A stretch of DNA of 60,345 nucleotides, taken from a virus (Duplodnaviria > Caudoviricetes). Location of the stretch: positions 1-60,345 of the IMG/VR virus record IMGVR_UViG_3300027861_000031; one strand, 5' to 3'. The first letter of the stretch is position 1; each line of letters starts with the position of its first letter. Made by a program: the position numbers and the translations under genes. The notes beneath the pieces were generated by a model. The model was not told the origin of the DNA. It did not search any database and worked only from the letters and a program-made list of their open reading frames with translations. Shown here in pieces: positions 27,728 through 37,105 of the stretch.

Positions 27728-27803
27728 TAGGGGTTAGTTTAACTTGGTAAAACGGTGGATTGTGATTCCGCTCTCAGGAGTTCGAGTCTCCTACCCCTGA
27801 CCA
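27728..27803 (+). tRNA. tRNA-His(GTG), atypical (A73, no encoded G-1, U1.G72)
   Basis: Full cloverleaf: GTGGA-TTGTGAT-TCCGC, AGGAG-TTCGAGT-CTCCT, ACCA end. Confidence 0.9.
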
Positions 27804-27820
27804 CAATAAAGGAAAATATT

Positions 27821-28438
27821 ATGAAAAATGTAGAAACATTACATGAATTCACAGAGTTTGAGACTAAGTATAGGACTGAAAAGCTCCTAGAAGACAAGTT
27901 TAAATCTATCGTATCTGAAATGGATTATAAGAACTTTGTCTACGCCGAAGGTCCAGACCATTACTATACTAAGCCAGACGGGTCTTTTTTAAGATACCGC
28001 AAGGCTGTAACTGAAAAGCGATCTGAAGTAACTCTTAAGGAAAAGCCAACTGGAGCTACTTCTAACATCTCTCGAAAAGAAATTAACTGGAGAGTAGATG
28101 GAAACTCTAAAGAAGCTATCCATCAAGGCGCTCTTATGATGGGCTTTACCTTCAACTTCTCTATTTGGAAGACCTGTCACATATATAATTTTAAAGACGC
28201 TACGCTAGTTTTTTACTCAGTTAAAGACGATAATGATAAGTATGATTATTTTATTGAAATCGAACTTAATGAGAAGACCATTCACACATTAACTCACAAA
28301 GAGGCTATGGATTGTATTAGAAAGTACGAAGAAATCCTATCACCTTTAGGTATCACACACAACAAAAGACTTAAAAAGAGTTTATATGAAATGTATGTTA
28401 AAAACATCTCAGAAGAACCTAAAGAAGCAAAGGCTTAA
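27821..28438 (+). CDS. CYTH / triphosphate tunnel metalloenzyme
   Basis: EFETK (ExExK), FLRYRK, TLK, FIEIE; AAGGA RBS before ATG 27821. Confidence 0.8.
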   Translation: MKNVETLHEFTEFETKYRTEKLLEDKFKSIVSEMDYKNFVYAEGPDHYYTKPDGSFLRYRKAVTEKRSEVTLKEKPTGATSNISRKEINWRVDGNSKEAIHQGALMMGFTFNFSIWKTCHIYNFKDATLVFYSVKDDNDKYDYFIEIELNEKTIHTLTHKEAMDCIRKYEEILSPLGITHNKRLKKSLYEMYVKNISEEPKEAKA

Positions 28439-28440
28439 CT

Positions 28441-28860
28441 ATGTATAAAAAAGTACCATGCGGTCCTACAGCGTTTTTTGACGTAGATGATACATTATTG
28501 ATGTGGGACTTACCTGAAGATATGATGTTGAACGATGATCGATTAGTTAGCGTTCAATGTCGAGACGCTCAAGATATGTTACTACCAAACCATCATAATA
28601 TTCTTCTTTTAAAGAAAATGTCCGTAAGAGGTCACGGTATTGTTGTGTGGTCTGGTGGCGGCAGTGACTGGGCTGAAGCGGTTGTAAAAGCTTTGGAGTT
28701 AGAAGATTTTGTTGATGTTGTAACTTCTAAGCCAACATATTATATTGATGATATTGCAAACTCAAAAGAATGGATAGGAAAACATGGATATTTTACAGTA
28801 GACGGTAAAAGAATTCATGGCGATAATTTTCCAAGAACTCAAGAAATAAAGGAGAAATAA
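28441..28860 (+). CDS. HAD-superfamily phosphatase
   Basis: FFDVDDTL, VWSGGG, KP, YIDD. Confidence 0.8.
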   Translation: MYKKVPCGPTAFFDVDDTLLMWDLPEDMMLNDDRLVSVQCRDAQDMLLPNHHNILLLKKMSVRGHGIVVWSGGGSDWAEAVVKALELEDFVDVVTSKPTYYIDDIANSKEWIGKHGYFTVDGKRIHGDNFPRTQEIKEK

Positions 28861-29066
28861 TGATTTTGAGTATATTAGATTTTACCGAGTTGGCGCAAAA
28901 AGGTATAACTTCAATAACTTTATCTGAAGATAAATACCAAGAGCTGGTTGATAGTTTTACGCCTAGATTACGCTCTGTAAAGAAAAACGAACTTGAAAAA
29001 ATTAAAAAATACATATCATGCGTAGAAACAGACTACGGTAGAGTGACTATCAATAAGGAGAAATAA
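28860..29066 (+). CDS. Hypothetical protein
   Basis: AAGGAG RBS. Confidence 0.55.
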   Translation: MILSILDFTELAQKGITSITLSEDKYQELVDSFTPRLRSVKKNELEKIKKYISCVETDYGRVTINKEK

Positions 29067-29516
29067 ATGGAAGATTGTGAACTTAAAAGTGAAGAAATAT
29101 TAAACTATGTAGGAGCCTGTGAAGAAACTGAAGAACCTAAAATGGGCGGCGGTCTTCGATACAATAACGGCAAGGCTGAATTACATCAAGTTCCAACTTC
29201 TTTAATTTTAGCCGTTGCTAAAACTCTCATGTATGGAGCGCAGAAATACGAAAAAGGTAATTTTAGAAAAGGTATGAGTTGGACTTGTGTTTACGACTGC
29301 CTTCAAAGACATATGATGAAATGGCTCGATGGAGAGCAAAACGATGAAGAATCAGGATTACCTCATCTTTATCATGCTGCATGTAATATTGCATTTCTAA
29401 TTGAATATGCTGAAACTTGCCCAGAGTTAGATGATAGGTTTAAAGCAGCTCCTATTAATCAATCTAAGGATTCTTTTGACAAAATAAACTACTCTTCATA
29501 CAAAAAAGATGAGTGA
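29067..29516 (+). CDS. dATP/dGTP diphosphohydrolase domain protein (DUF5664-like)
   Basis: GAQKY..GNFRKG, RH, DEESGLPHLYHAACN. Confidence 0.8.
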   Translation: MEDCELKSEEILNYVGACEETEEPKMGGGLRYNNGKAELHQVPTSLILAVAKTLMYGAQKYEKGNFRKGMSWTCVYDCLQRHMMKWLDGEQNDEESGLPHLYHAACNIAFLIEYAETCPELDDRFKAAPINQSKDSFDKINYSSYKKDE

Positions 29517-30027
29517 TAAGTTTTGCTATTCTTGTTTGTTGGACTTACCTAAAAGTTCGTTTGGTAGGGATAAACGAACTTTAGATGGTTTGAGGAGTAA
29601 CTGTAAAGAATGTAGGAATAAATACGAAAAAGCTTTAAGAGATGGTAATTTAGAATACAAAATAAGACAACAAGAGAATAGAAATAAATGGGCGTTAAAA
29701 AATCCAGACAAGGTAAGAGAATTAAAAAGAAAACACAATAAAGGAATAAAACCTAGCGTTCGCAGAGAACAGGCTTTAAAACATAAGTTTAACATTACTC
29801 AAGATGATTATGAAAAAATGTTACAGTCTCAAGACGGGCTTTGTAGGATTTGTCATAAAGAATCTAATAACAAGGTTCAGAAACACTTTCATGTAGACCA
29901 TAATCACGAGACTGGAAAAATTAGAGGATTATTGTGTAATAAATGTAACATGGGACTGGGTATGTTTAACGATAATAAAGACTTAATCAAAAAAGCAATG
30001 GATTATTTAGAAAGATATGATGGATAA
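29509..30027 (+). CDS. Endonuclease VII-family (homing) endonuclease
   Basis: QDGLCRIC...HVDHNHETGKIRGLLCNKCN.GLG. Confidence 0.9.
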   Translation: MSDKFCYSCLLDLPKSSFGRDKRTLDGLRSNCKECRNKYEKALRDGNLEYKIRQQENRNKWALKNPDKVRELKRKHNKGIKPSVRREQALKHKFNITQDDYEKMLQSQDGLCRICHKESNNKVQKHFHVDHNHETGKIRGLLCNKCNMGLGMFNDNKDLIKKAMDYLERYDG

Positions 30028-30053
30028 TATCTAACCAATAAAAAAGGAAAAAT

Positions 30054-30491
30054 ATGGAATCGAAAGAATATAAAAAACAAGCACTCAGAACAAATACTCC
30101 AGATATTGAGGGAGTGTCACAAAGAATCTTAAACGGATTTTCTAAGGATTCTAAAAAAGTTATCAACTTAACCGTAACCCATGAAAAAGCTAAGGCTAAG
30201 ATTGATTTACTTCACGCCTCTATGGGTCTTGTAACTGAAGCCGGAGAATTCCAAGATGCTCTCAAGAAACACTTCTTTTACGGAAAAGAGCTAGATTTAG
30301 TTAATTTGAAGGAAGAAATTGGAGACTGCCTCTGGTATTGCGCAGTGGCTTTGGACGCCTTAGGGACTGATTTTGAGGCTGTGATGCAGACAAATATCAA
30401 TAAGCTCAACGCTAGATATCCCGAAAAATTCTCAGAAGATCAAGCTATTAATCGAGATGTTGCTGCTGAGCGTGAAATCCTGAAGAAATGA
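30054..30491 (+). CDS. MazG-like NTP pyrophosphohydrolase
   Basis: GLVTEAGE, EEIGDCLWY, NINKL.ARYP. Confidence 0.85.
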   Translation: MESKEYKKQALRTNTPDIEGVSQRILNGFSKDSKKVINLTVTHEKAKAKIDLLHASMGLVTEAGEFQDALKKHFFYGKELDLVNLKEEIGDCLWYCAVALDALGTDFEAVMQTNINKLNARYPEKFSEDQAINRDVAAEREILKK

Positions 30492-30501
30492 CAATCTTTA
30501 A
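30492..30501 (+). promoter_or_regulatory. CAATCTTTAA candidate late promoter
   Basis: Directly upstream of the 468-aa putative virion gene. Confidence 0.55.
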
Positions 30502-30541
30502 CTATATCCCATCTATTAATTCTCAATAAAATCAGGTATCT

Positions 30542-31948
30542 ATGGCATTAACTTCGGCTGAGCGCATTGAAATTTCAAAGAAAATCATCGAAATTCCTTT
30601 GCAGAACGCAGCTTTTGATTCGGTTAAAGCCACAATGGTCGCCGCCAAAGTCGATCTCACTAATGAAGATAACGCTAATAAGAGTTTAATGGATACTGAG
30701 ACGGCTCTAGTGAACGCCTATCAGTCAGAGTTCACAAATCTTGACGGCAACGTTAGAACTGTTTTGTTAGAGCAGGACGTTATTGACGGCGCTAATAGAA
30801 TCTTCCAGAACTTTTTCTTTCCAAACGATAACTTAACAGTACTTCCAAACGTTCCAGACGGAGTGTGGAAGTTTCTATCTCCCTTTTCAGGCTCCGTTGC
30901 TATTGGTAAAGACTATCTAGAAGCAATCCCAAGCACAACAGTATTAGAGCAAGATAAAATAGATGATATTAATACTGAGATTACAACCATAGAGAGTGAA
31001 CCTCAACCTCATCAATCTACAGGTAAAGAGTGTATTAATGGAGGTTTTTGTACAGGAGAGTCTAGCCCTCCTCAAGTAACTGAAGGAGCTTGTACAGGAG
31101 ATGGTGGTAGCTGGACGCCTGGCGCTGATACTTATGCGAACGAAACGGTTATCCAAACAGCCTTAACAGATATTACTACAAATATAAACGCTTGGAGAAG
31201 TTTCTTAGTTACTGAGAAAGCTTTTATTCCAACGGCTGATACAGATGCTGGAAGACAAGCTCAAAACGATACGGCTATTGCTGATATTGATAATGTAATC
31301 TCTATCATCGATACTTGGCTAGCTTTAGATGATTGGGATACTACAACTTCCTTACCGACTGGAGATGACGGAGCCGGCTGTGCTTTGTACGACGCTTTAG
31401 ATAATACAGATTTTGCAGCTAGTAAGCTGCGATCTAATGAGTTGGCTGCTATTAAAACTGAAATCACAGCCAGACAATCCTTTATAACTACCAGAGAATC
31501 TCAACTAACAACAAATCTAGGAGCTGTCGGTCAAAACCTGGCGACTGGAGAGATTAATGGAACTGGAACTGGTCTGTACGACTCTAGATTTAAGGCTATT
31601 AATGTTAGATTGAATTTACTTGGCGGCTCTCTTAATAGAAAACTTTCTAACGAAAGAGGTCAAGACGCTCAAGATGATATGAAAGACACTAATGATGCGG
31701 CTTCTGCTTTATACAACGCCGCTATGAAAGCTACTAAATTTAGAGCGCCGGCTGCTAATACTGGAACTATCCATGTAATGGACGCCTCATTGTTTAGCGC
31801 TAGTGATACTGTATTTGTAGTTGCTGATAAACAAACAGAACTTACTGGAACAATATCTAGCATTGTTAATAACACTGTATTCTTGGACTTTACAATTCCA
31901 GAGAAATATACTCATGAGAATAATGGTAGACTTTATAAGGTTTTATAA
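30542..31948 (+). CDS. Putative virion structural protein
   Basis: Acidic, Thr/Ala/Asp-rich like the tail genes; preceded by the late motif. Confidence 0.55.
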   Translation: MALTSAERIEISKKIIEIPLQNAAFDSVKATMVAAKVDLTNEDNANKSLMDTETALVNAYQSEFTNLDGNVRTVLLEQDVIDGANRIFQNFFFPNDNLTVLPNVPDGVWKFLSPFSGSVAIGKDYLEAIPSTTVLEQDKIDDINTEITTIESEPQPHQSTGKECINGGFCTGESSPPQVTEGACTGDGGSWTPGADTYANETVIQTALTDITTNINAWRSFLVTEKAFIPTADTDAGRQAQNDTAIADIDNVISIIDTWLALDDWDTTTSLPTGDDGAGCALYDALDNTDFAASKLRSNELAAIKTEITARQSFITTRESQLTTNLGAVGQNLATGEINGTGTGLYDSRFKAINVRLNLLGGSLNRKLSNERGQDAQDDMKDTNDAASALYNAAMKATKFRAPAANTGTIHVMDASLFSASDTVFVVADKQTELTGTISSIVNNTVFLDFTIPEKYTHENNGRLYKVL

Positions 31949-32701
31949 TTATTTGCAGATCGCAAGGTAGTTATCACTAGTCTTTTTAATAAATATTTTC
32001 AAGCAAGTCTCATACTCTTCTAAACATCTTACTTTCATTCTAGCTAGTGTTTCACTATCTTTCTTACCCCAGTTATTAGTTTCATTAACAACCTCTGGCT
32101 CTTCACACTTCTCACTAGAAGGGTTTCTTTCCGTAAAGTTTTTATCAACATAATTAAACCACTGATGTCTATCAAACAGCTCTTCTATATAGTAGTAAAA
32201 ATGCTTATTAACACAGTGCTCTCCCATCATCTGAGGGTGCATAAAAGAAGCTGGACATCCGTCTGATAGGTAGTGCTTCTCTTGAAATATCCCTAATTTA
32301 AACCCAACGTCTTCTAGCCAAGCTCTAAAATCTCCCTGAACAGGTCTGTAAGTATGACCTCTTCTTAAAATACAATGTCCTAACTCATGAAATACTAGCT
32401 CCATTTTTTCCATAGGAGACGTTGTTTGTCTCCACCAACTAGCGGATATATCAATTTCCATAATAAATGGATGACATACGCCAACAGTATTGCCTTTTTT
32501 TGAAAGATCACGAAAGCCCATAGTAAGTCTTTTGAATTTTTTTTCTGTAACCTTTCCTCTAGATGCAAAAATAAACTCTTTAATGTAAGGCTCAAACTCT
32601 TTATTTATAGAGTCGTGCTTCTTTATTAGTCTTATTTCAAGAGAAGAGTTAGAGCAAGATACAGGTATTAGAATACATAGTAAGAATATTAATTTTTTCA
32701 C
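31949..32701 (-). CDS. Lipoprotein zinc metalloprotease (zincin/metzincin-like)
   Basis: Lipobox-like PVSC; HELGHCILRRGH; CPASFM Met-turn-like. Confidence 0.7.
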   Translation of the reverse strand: MKKLIFLLCILIPVSCSNSSLEIRLIKKHDSINKEFEPYIKEFIFASRGKVTEKKFKRLTMGFRDLSKKGNTVGVCHPFIMEIDISASWWRQTTSPMEKMELVFHELGHCILRRGHTYRPVQGDFRAWLEDVGFKLGIFQEKHYLSDGCPASFMHPQMMGEHCVNKHFYYYIEELFDRHQWFNYVDKNFTERNPSSEKCEEPEVVNETNNWGKKDSETLARMKVRCLEEYETCLKIFIKKTSDNYLAICK

Positions 32702-32844
32702 CTTTTCACCTTCGGTCTAATCAATTTACACCTGCTGCAAACATCTCTTCCTCTTTGGGTTTTCCATTCATGCCCAAAATAACACAACTCTTCCACCATA
32801 AGAAATGTAAGATAAAGAAGTACCAATATAGATATACCCATCAT
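32698..32844 (-). CDS. 48-aa membrane-anchored protein (not in ORF track)
   Basis: Fills the gap with overlaps at both ends; TM then C/H residues. Confidence 0.5.
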   Translation of the reverse strand: MMGISILVLLYLTFLMVEELCYFGHEWKTQRGRDVCSRCKLIRPKVKR

Positions 32845-33980
32845 AAGATATCTGCCGCTATATCTGCTAATTCAGACCTTTCACCTTTTGTAAGCGTCAT
32901 GTGAGCTGCAATCTTCTGATCTTTGAACTTCTCAATAACATATGTTAAACCATTATTTATAGAATCCAACCTAGGGTTGTCAATCTGATCAGGGTCTCCA
33001 GTTAAAACAATCTTAGTTCCCTCACCAGCTCTTGAGATAATAGTTTTAACCTCATGCTTAGTTAGGTTTTGAGCTTCGTCAATAATCATATATTGATCAG
33101 GAATACTACGACCACGAATATAAGTTAAGGCTTCAACCTTCAATATCCCTTCAGACTCTAGCTGAATATAGGCGTCAAACCCTTTACTATTTTTATCTTT
33201 GTTGAAAAGGTAGTCTATGTTGTCAAAGATCGGCTGCATCCAAGGTCCAAGTTTTTCATTAATATCTCCTGGTAGAAATCCAATATCATTTCCCATTGGA
33301 ACTACAGGTCTTGAAACTAACAGCCTTCTATATTTGTTAGCATTAATAACGCCTTCTAACCCACAGGCAATAGCTAATAAAGTTTTACCAGTACCGGCTT
33401 TCCCACTTATAGTTACAAGCTTAATATTATCATCTAGCAAAGCATGAATAGCACACCTTTGCTCAACATTTCTATGTTTAATACCCCAAACTGGTTTATC
33501 TTTAGGAAGTCTCTTGCCGTTATAGACAAGTCCTTTATCTCCGAGACAGAATTGATTGGGAGAGATGTCGTATGCTCCCTCTAACTCTCTACCGTCAAGA
33601 AATCCAGAGTATGCCCCATCACATAGAGTGTTTTTGGTTTCGTATTTTTGAGTTTTAACCCCAATTGATCTGGCTTTAATACTCATCATAATATCATTAG
33701 TGATTAAAACACAGTCTTTCTCTCTAGCAACCGAGATGATTTTGTCGTCATTAGTTAAAGCGTGTGAGCTAGTAACTATAGTAAACTCTACATTTTCAGG
33801 AGTTCCCTTATCTATAATCCTAGCAAACTCTCGGATATTCCTACCCTTTTCGCCGTTGTCTGTTTTGTGGTTATCCAACTCTTCTAAGACTGGATATGGT
33901 ATGAAAATCTGTCCTTTTAGTTTATTAATACAATACGGGTCAATCATAATAATATTGGTATCCAGTACAAAATTATCCAA
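32841..33980 (-). CDS. phoH: PIN-PhoH (PhoH2-like) ATPase
   Basis: VLDTN PIN start; GKAGTGKT, GFLPGD, RGRS, IIDEAQN, GDPDQID. Confidence 0.9.
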   Translation of the reverse strand: MDNFVLDTNIIMIDPYCINKLKGQIFIPYPVLEELDNHKTDNGEKGRNIREFARIIDKGTPENVEFTIVTSSHALTNDDKIISVAREKDCVLITNDIMMSIKARSIGVKTQKYETKNTLCDGAYSGFLDGRELEGAYDISPNQFCLGDKGLVYNGKRLPKDKPVWGIKHRNVEQRCAIHALLDDNIKLVTISGKAGTGKTLLAIACGLEGVINANKYRRLLVSRPVVPMGNDIGFLPGDINEKLGPWMQPIFDNIDYLFNKDKNSKGFDAYIQLESEGILKVEALTYIRGRSIPDQYMIIDEAQNLTKHEVKTIISRAGEGTKIVLTGDPDQIDNPRLDSINNGLTYVIEKFKDQKIAAHMTLTKGERSELADIAADIL

Positions 33981-34128
33981 CCTTATCTCCTTTAACTAGT
34001 TTAAATTTCTTACGTTTTCTAATAGGTTCTGATTTTCTTATCTTAACAATCAAAGCAACGAACATAAGTATGCAAAATGAGGTCCACAAACCCATCAAAA
34101 ACCATACAATAGGTGGAATTTCAGTCAT
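33973..34128 (-). CDS. 51-aa single-TM protein (not in ORF track)
   Basis: AAGGAG RBS; hydrophobic helix plus basic tail. Confidence 0.5.
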   Translation of the reverse strand: MTEIPPIVWFLMGLWTSFCILMFVALIVKIRKSEPIRKRKKFKLVKGDKVG

Positions 34129-34303
34129 TTAGCTCCTTCTTAACTATTATCTTATTTTCTTTACGATCATAGTCTCTGAGGGATTTGAATGAATAGCCGC
34201 CCTTACATGTAGGAAGTCTTTTTTTGATTTTCTTAATAGAAGTTAGTAATTTCGATAACTTACGTCTCTTACTTCTCTTAGATGATTTAGACTTTTTAGA
34301 CAT
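34121..34303 (-). CDS. Small highly basic protein
   Basis: K/R/S-rich; first ORF after the minus-strand promoter. Confidence 0.5.
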   Translation of the reverse strand: MSKKSKSSKRSKRRKLSKLLTSIKKIKKRLPTCKGGYSFKSLRDYDRKENKIIVKKELND

Positions 34304-34336
34304 TCGTTACCTTGTATTAAAAATTACTATAAATTG

Positions 34337-34346
34337 CAATCTTTAA
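34337..34346 (+). promoter_or_regulatory. CAATCTTTAA candidate late promoter
   Basis: Upstream of the baseplate operon. Confidence 0.55.
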
Positions 34347-34349
34347 CCT

Positions 34350-34360
34350 ATAATACCACA
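34350..34360 (-). promoter_or_regulatory. Extended -10 promoter, minus strand
   Basis: Reverse complement reads TGTGGTATTAT; points into the PhoH block. Confidence 0.6.
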
Positions 34361-34400
34361 AAAACACCCTCCTCAATACCAATCCAAGGAAATTAACTAA

Positions 34401-37073
34401 ATGGCTAACGATAGCACGATTCCTGACAACAGTGTAGCAAAAAAAACCGCCGGTCTTTTAGGTCTTGATCAGGGTCCAGACTATCCTTGGGATTTAAATG
34501 AACCTAATGAGGCGTTTTTTAAACCTTTAGACATTAATCCAACAAACTGGAATAAGATGTTTCCATATCGATTGATAGTTGTCGATATAAAAGACCCTAG
34601 TACTATATTAGGCTCATCAGCCTCCTCTCAAGGTCTACTCGGTCTATTAACATCAAAAAAAACCGCTAGAATGCTCCCAAACAGTGGCGGCGATACTAGT
34701 TTTGAATATGTATTGACTCAGGAAATCACCAACGGCTCGTGGGAGTTTAATTTACCAATAACACCTCAGATGCTTAAGATTACCGATCAGTTTGCTGTTA
34801 ATACTTCTGCAACCATGAGAGGGATTGTAGAAGAGCATAACGGCGTTAAGTTTAAAATGATACAAGCAACAGGTACTACCGGCATATGGGCGCAAAAACC
34901 AACTATAGCTGGAAGCCCTAAATCTCCAGCAGCGATGGATTCAATCTTTGGCGGTGTTCTTAGTGCGGCTAATAGTATCGAAGAAGATTTTAAAAGAGTA
35001 CAAAGAGCCTTTGCAGGTCAACACCCAGCCTCGGTAACTCCTGCTAAGCGACCTAACGAGCACTCTTCAACAATATACTCAACTGGATATTTTCAAGCAT
35101 TACTAATGGGACAGTTCTTAGAAAGATACGCTCAAGCAAAGAAAAATCCTAGAAATAAAGACTGGCGTTTGGTTTTCGATATACCAAAACAGGGTCAATC
35201 TTTTATAGTATCTCCTATTAATTTTTCGTTGGAACAAAACCAACAAAGACCAATGGAATACTTGTGGAATATACAGTTAAAAGCTTGGAAGAGGATTAAG
35301 CTTGATGCACCTCTACCTGCCAGTCAAGAAGTACCAAAGCTGACTGCTAACGAATTTCTTCGTATTACAAACGGTATTAGAGAGACTAGAAGGATTCTAG
35401 GAAGCTCATTAAATTTAGTAAAAGCTGTTAGAAGTGATATTCAAAAACCCTTAAACGCTTTAAGGCAAGCTTCTTTAGCTGTTAAAGATTTAGGTGGTCT
35501 TGTAATTACAGCAGTCGATATGCCAAGCGCTATATTGGGAGATATCCAAAGCGCATGGAAAGATTCTGTAAGTAATGTTGCAAACTCTTTTCAGCGTGGA
35601 CCTGACGGAGGTAACGTTGGAAACTCAGCCACAGGAGTCACAGCCTCTGGTTTAAGAGCCGATACGCAGGAAGGTAGGGCTGGATTAGCTGCTAATCAAA
35701 TTTTAGCTCAGTCATTGAAAAATGAAGGTCTGAGTCAAGATGCAGTAGCTGGAGGCGCTTTAGGGCTTGGAGCTGCACAGTCTTTAGAATTAGATAACTC
35801 TAACGATATCGCTGAAAACCCTGATGAATTTTTCGATCTTTTTGACGCTATTAGTATTGATGATTTAACACTAACTCGTCAACAGCAGGAATTGATCGAC
35901 AATGAAATAGATAAAGCCAGACTATTAACTGTTGATGATTTGAAAGGTTTCAGGGATGAGATCGAAAGTCTTGCTCTAGATATTAGTAATAATTTTGGAG
36001 CCGGAGACGCAGCATACGCTAACTTATATAATAGACCAGCTCCTAAAACAAGATCACTTCCAATGACCTTGGAAGAGAATGAAATACTAGCAGCTTTGTT
36101 TGAAGCCGTACAAATGTACGATTTACTAACAGCTACCAAGCAGTTTGATGATTTTTCAGTTGAAAACTCTTTGGAATTTGTTGGTGGTTTAGCTAATCAA
36201 GCTGATATTGATTTTGATGAGCCTGAGTCTAAACTTTTAGTGCCAGTACCTTTTGGTTTAACAATTGAAGAGATTGCAGCTAGATATTTACAAAACCCTG
36301 ACAAGTGGGTTGAAATAGCAACTATTAATAGTTTAACATCTCCATATATTGACGAAACAGGATTTACATACAGCTTTTTATCGAACGGAGATGGTCGTCA
36401 GATAAATGTAAACGACGTTGGAAACAATCTTTATATTGGTCAGAAGATAACTTTAAAAAGTGATACTGTAAAGGCTTTTACTAGAAAGATTATCGACGTT
36501 GAAAAGATTGGAGATGAAAACTTTCTAATTAGTTTTAACGGCTTGGCAGATTTAGACAGTTTAACTACAGCCAATAACGCTACTCTTCAAGGATACGCCC
36601 CAGGTACTGTAAATAGTCAGAACCAGATATATATACCTGTTGATGCTCCAGCAGAGCCTGACGATAGAATTAGAACTCCCAGTCACTTAGACGAAGACGC
36701 TCTAACAAGAATATCTAAGATTGATTGGCTACTAACGGATGATGGGGATTTAGCAATTAATGATTTAGGCGAGTTTAGACTTGCCAACGGTTTAAATAAT
36801 TTAGTTCAGGCTTTAAAAATAAAGGTTAGAACTAAGAAAGGTACTTTGATGAGGCATCTAGATTTCGGTCTAGGAATAACTTGGGGAATTTCCGTTGCAG
36901 ACGTAGAAAACGGAGAATTAATTAAGGCAATGTCTAAAATGATCGAAGACGACCCACGCTTTAGTGGAATTGAAAGAATGGATATGATCTTAAAAGGAGC
37001 AACCCTATCAATTGATATGGCTGTAAAAGTTTCAAACGGTTCAGGTATAGTACCTATCACTTTTCAAGTGTAA
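34401..37073 (+). CDS. Multidomain baseplate protein with LysM-like and C-terminal gp25-like regions
   Basis: TIEEIAARYL...WVEIATINSL; NLVQAL...HLDFG...DDPRF; directly before baseplate J. Confidence 0.6.
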   Translation: MANDSTIPDNSVAKKTAGLLGLDQGPDYPWDLNEPNEAFFKPLDINPTNWNKMFPYRLIVVDIKDPSTILGSSASSQGLLGLLTSKKTARMLPNSGGDTSFEYVLTQEITNGSWEFNLPITPQMLKITDQFAVNTSATMRGIVEEHNGVKFKMIQATGTTGIWAQKPTIAGSPKSPAAMDSIFGGVLSAANSIEEDFKRVQRAFAGQHPASVTPAKRPNEHSSTIYSTGYFQALLMGQFLERYAQAKKNPRNKDWRLVFDIPKQGQSFIVSPINFSLEQNQQRPMEYLWNIQLKAWKRIKLDAPLPASQEVPKLTANEFLRITNGIRETRRILGSSLNLVKAVRSDIQKPLNALRQASLAVKDLGGLVITAVDMPSAILGDIQSAWKDSVSNVANSFQRGPDGGNVGNSATGVTASGLRADTQEGRAGLAANQILAQSLKNEGLSQDAVAGGALGLGAAQSLELDNSNDIAENPDEFFDLFDAISIDDLTLTRQQQELIDNEIDKARLLTVDDLKGFRDEIESLALDISNNFGAGDAAYANLYNRPAPKTRSLPMTLEENEILAALFEAVQMYDLLTATKQFDDFSVENSLEFVGGLANQADIDFDEPESKLLVPVPFGLTIEEIAARYLQNPDKWVEIATINSLTSPYIDETGFTYSFLSNGDGRQINVNDVGNNLYIGQKITLKSDTVKAFTRKIIDVEKIGDENFLISFNGLADLDSLTTANNATLQGYAPGTVNSQNQIYIPVDAPAEPDDRIRTPSHLDEDALTRISKIDWLLTDDGDLAINDLGEFRLANGLNNLVQALKIKVRTKKGTLMRHLDFGLGITWGISVADVENGELIKAMSKMIEDDPRFSGIERMDMILKGATLSIDMAVKVSNGSGIVPITFQV

Positions 37074-37074
37074 T

Positions 37075-37085
37075 TGTGGTATTAT
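37075..37085 (+). promoter_or_regulatory. Extended -10 motif before baseplate J
   Basis: TGTGGTATTAT in the intergenic gap. Confidence 0.5.
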
Positions 37086-37105
37086 ATTAAATACAAGGAA
37101 AAATA

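Noticed and set aside
26291-27820. Track starts at 26291 and 27755
   Set aside because: Both fall inside tRNA or tRNA-like genes; RBS-supported ATGs are at 26339 and 27821.
29067-30491. 2-aminoadenine (Z) genome pathway
   Set aside because: No PurZ in the window; DUF5664-like and MazG-like genes alone are not diagnostic, and the HD protein is kinase-fused.
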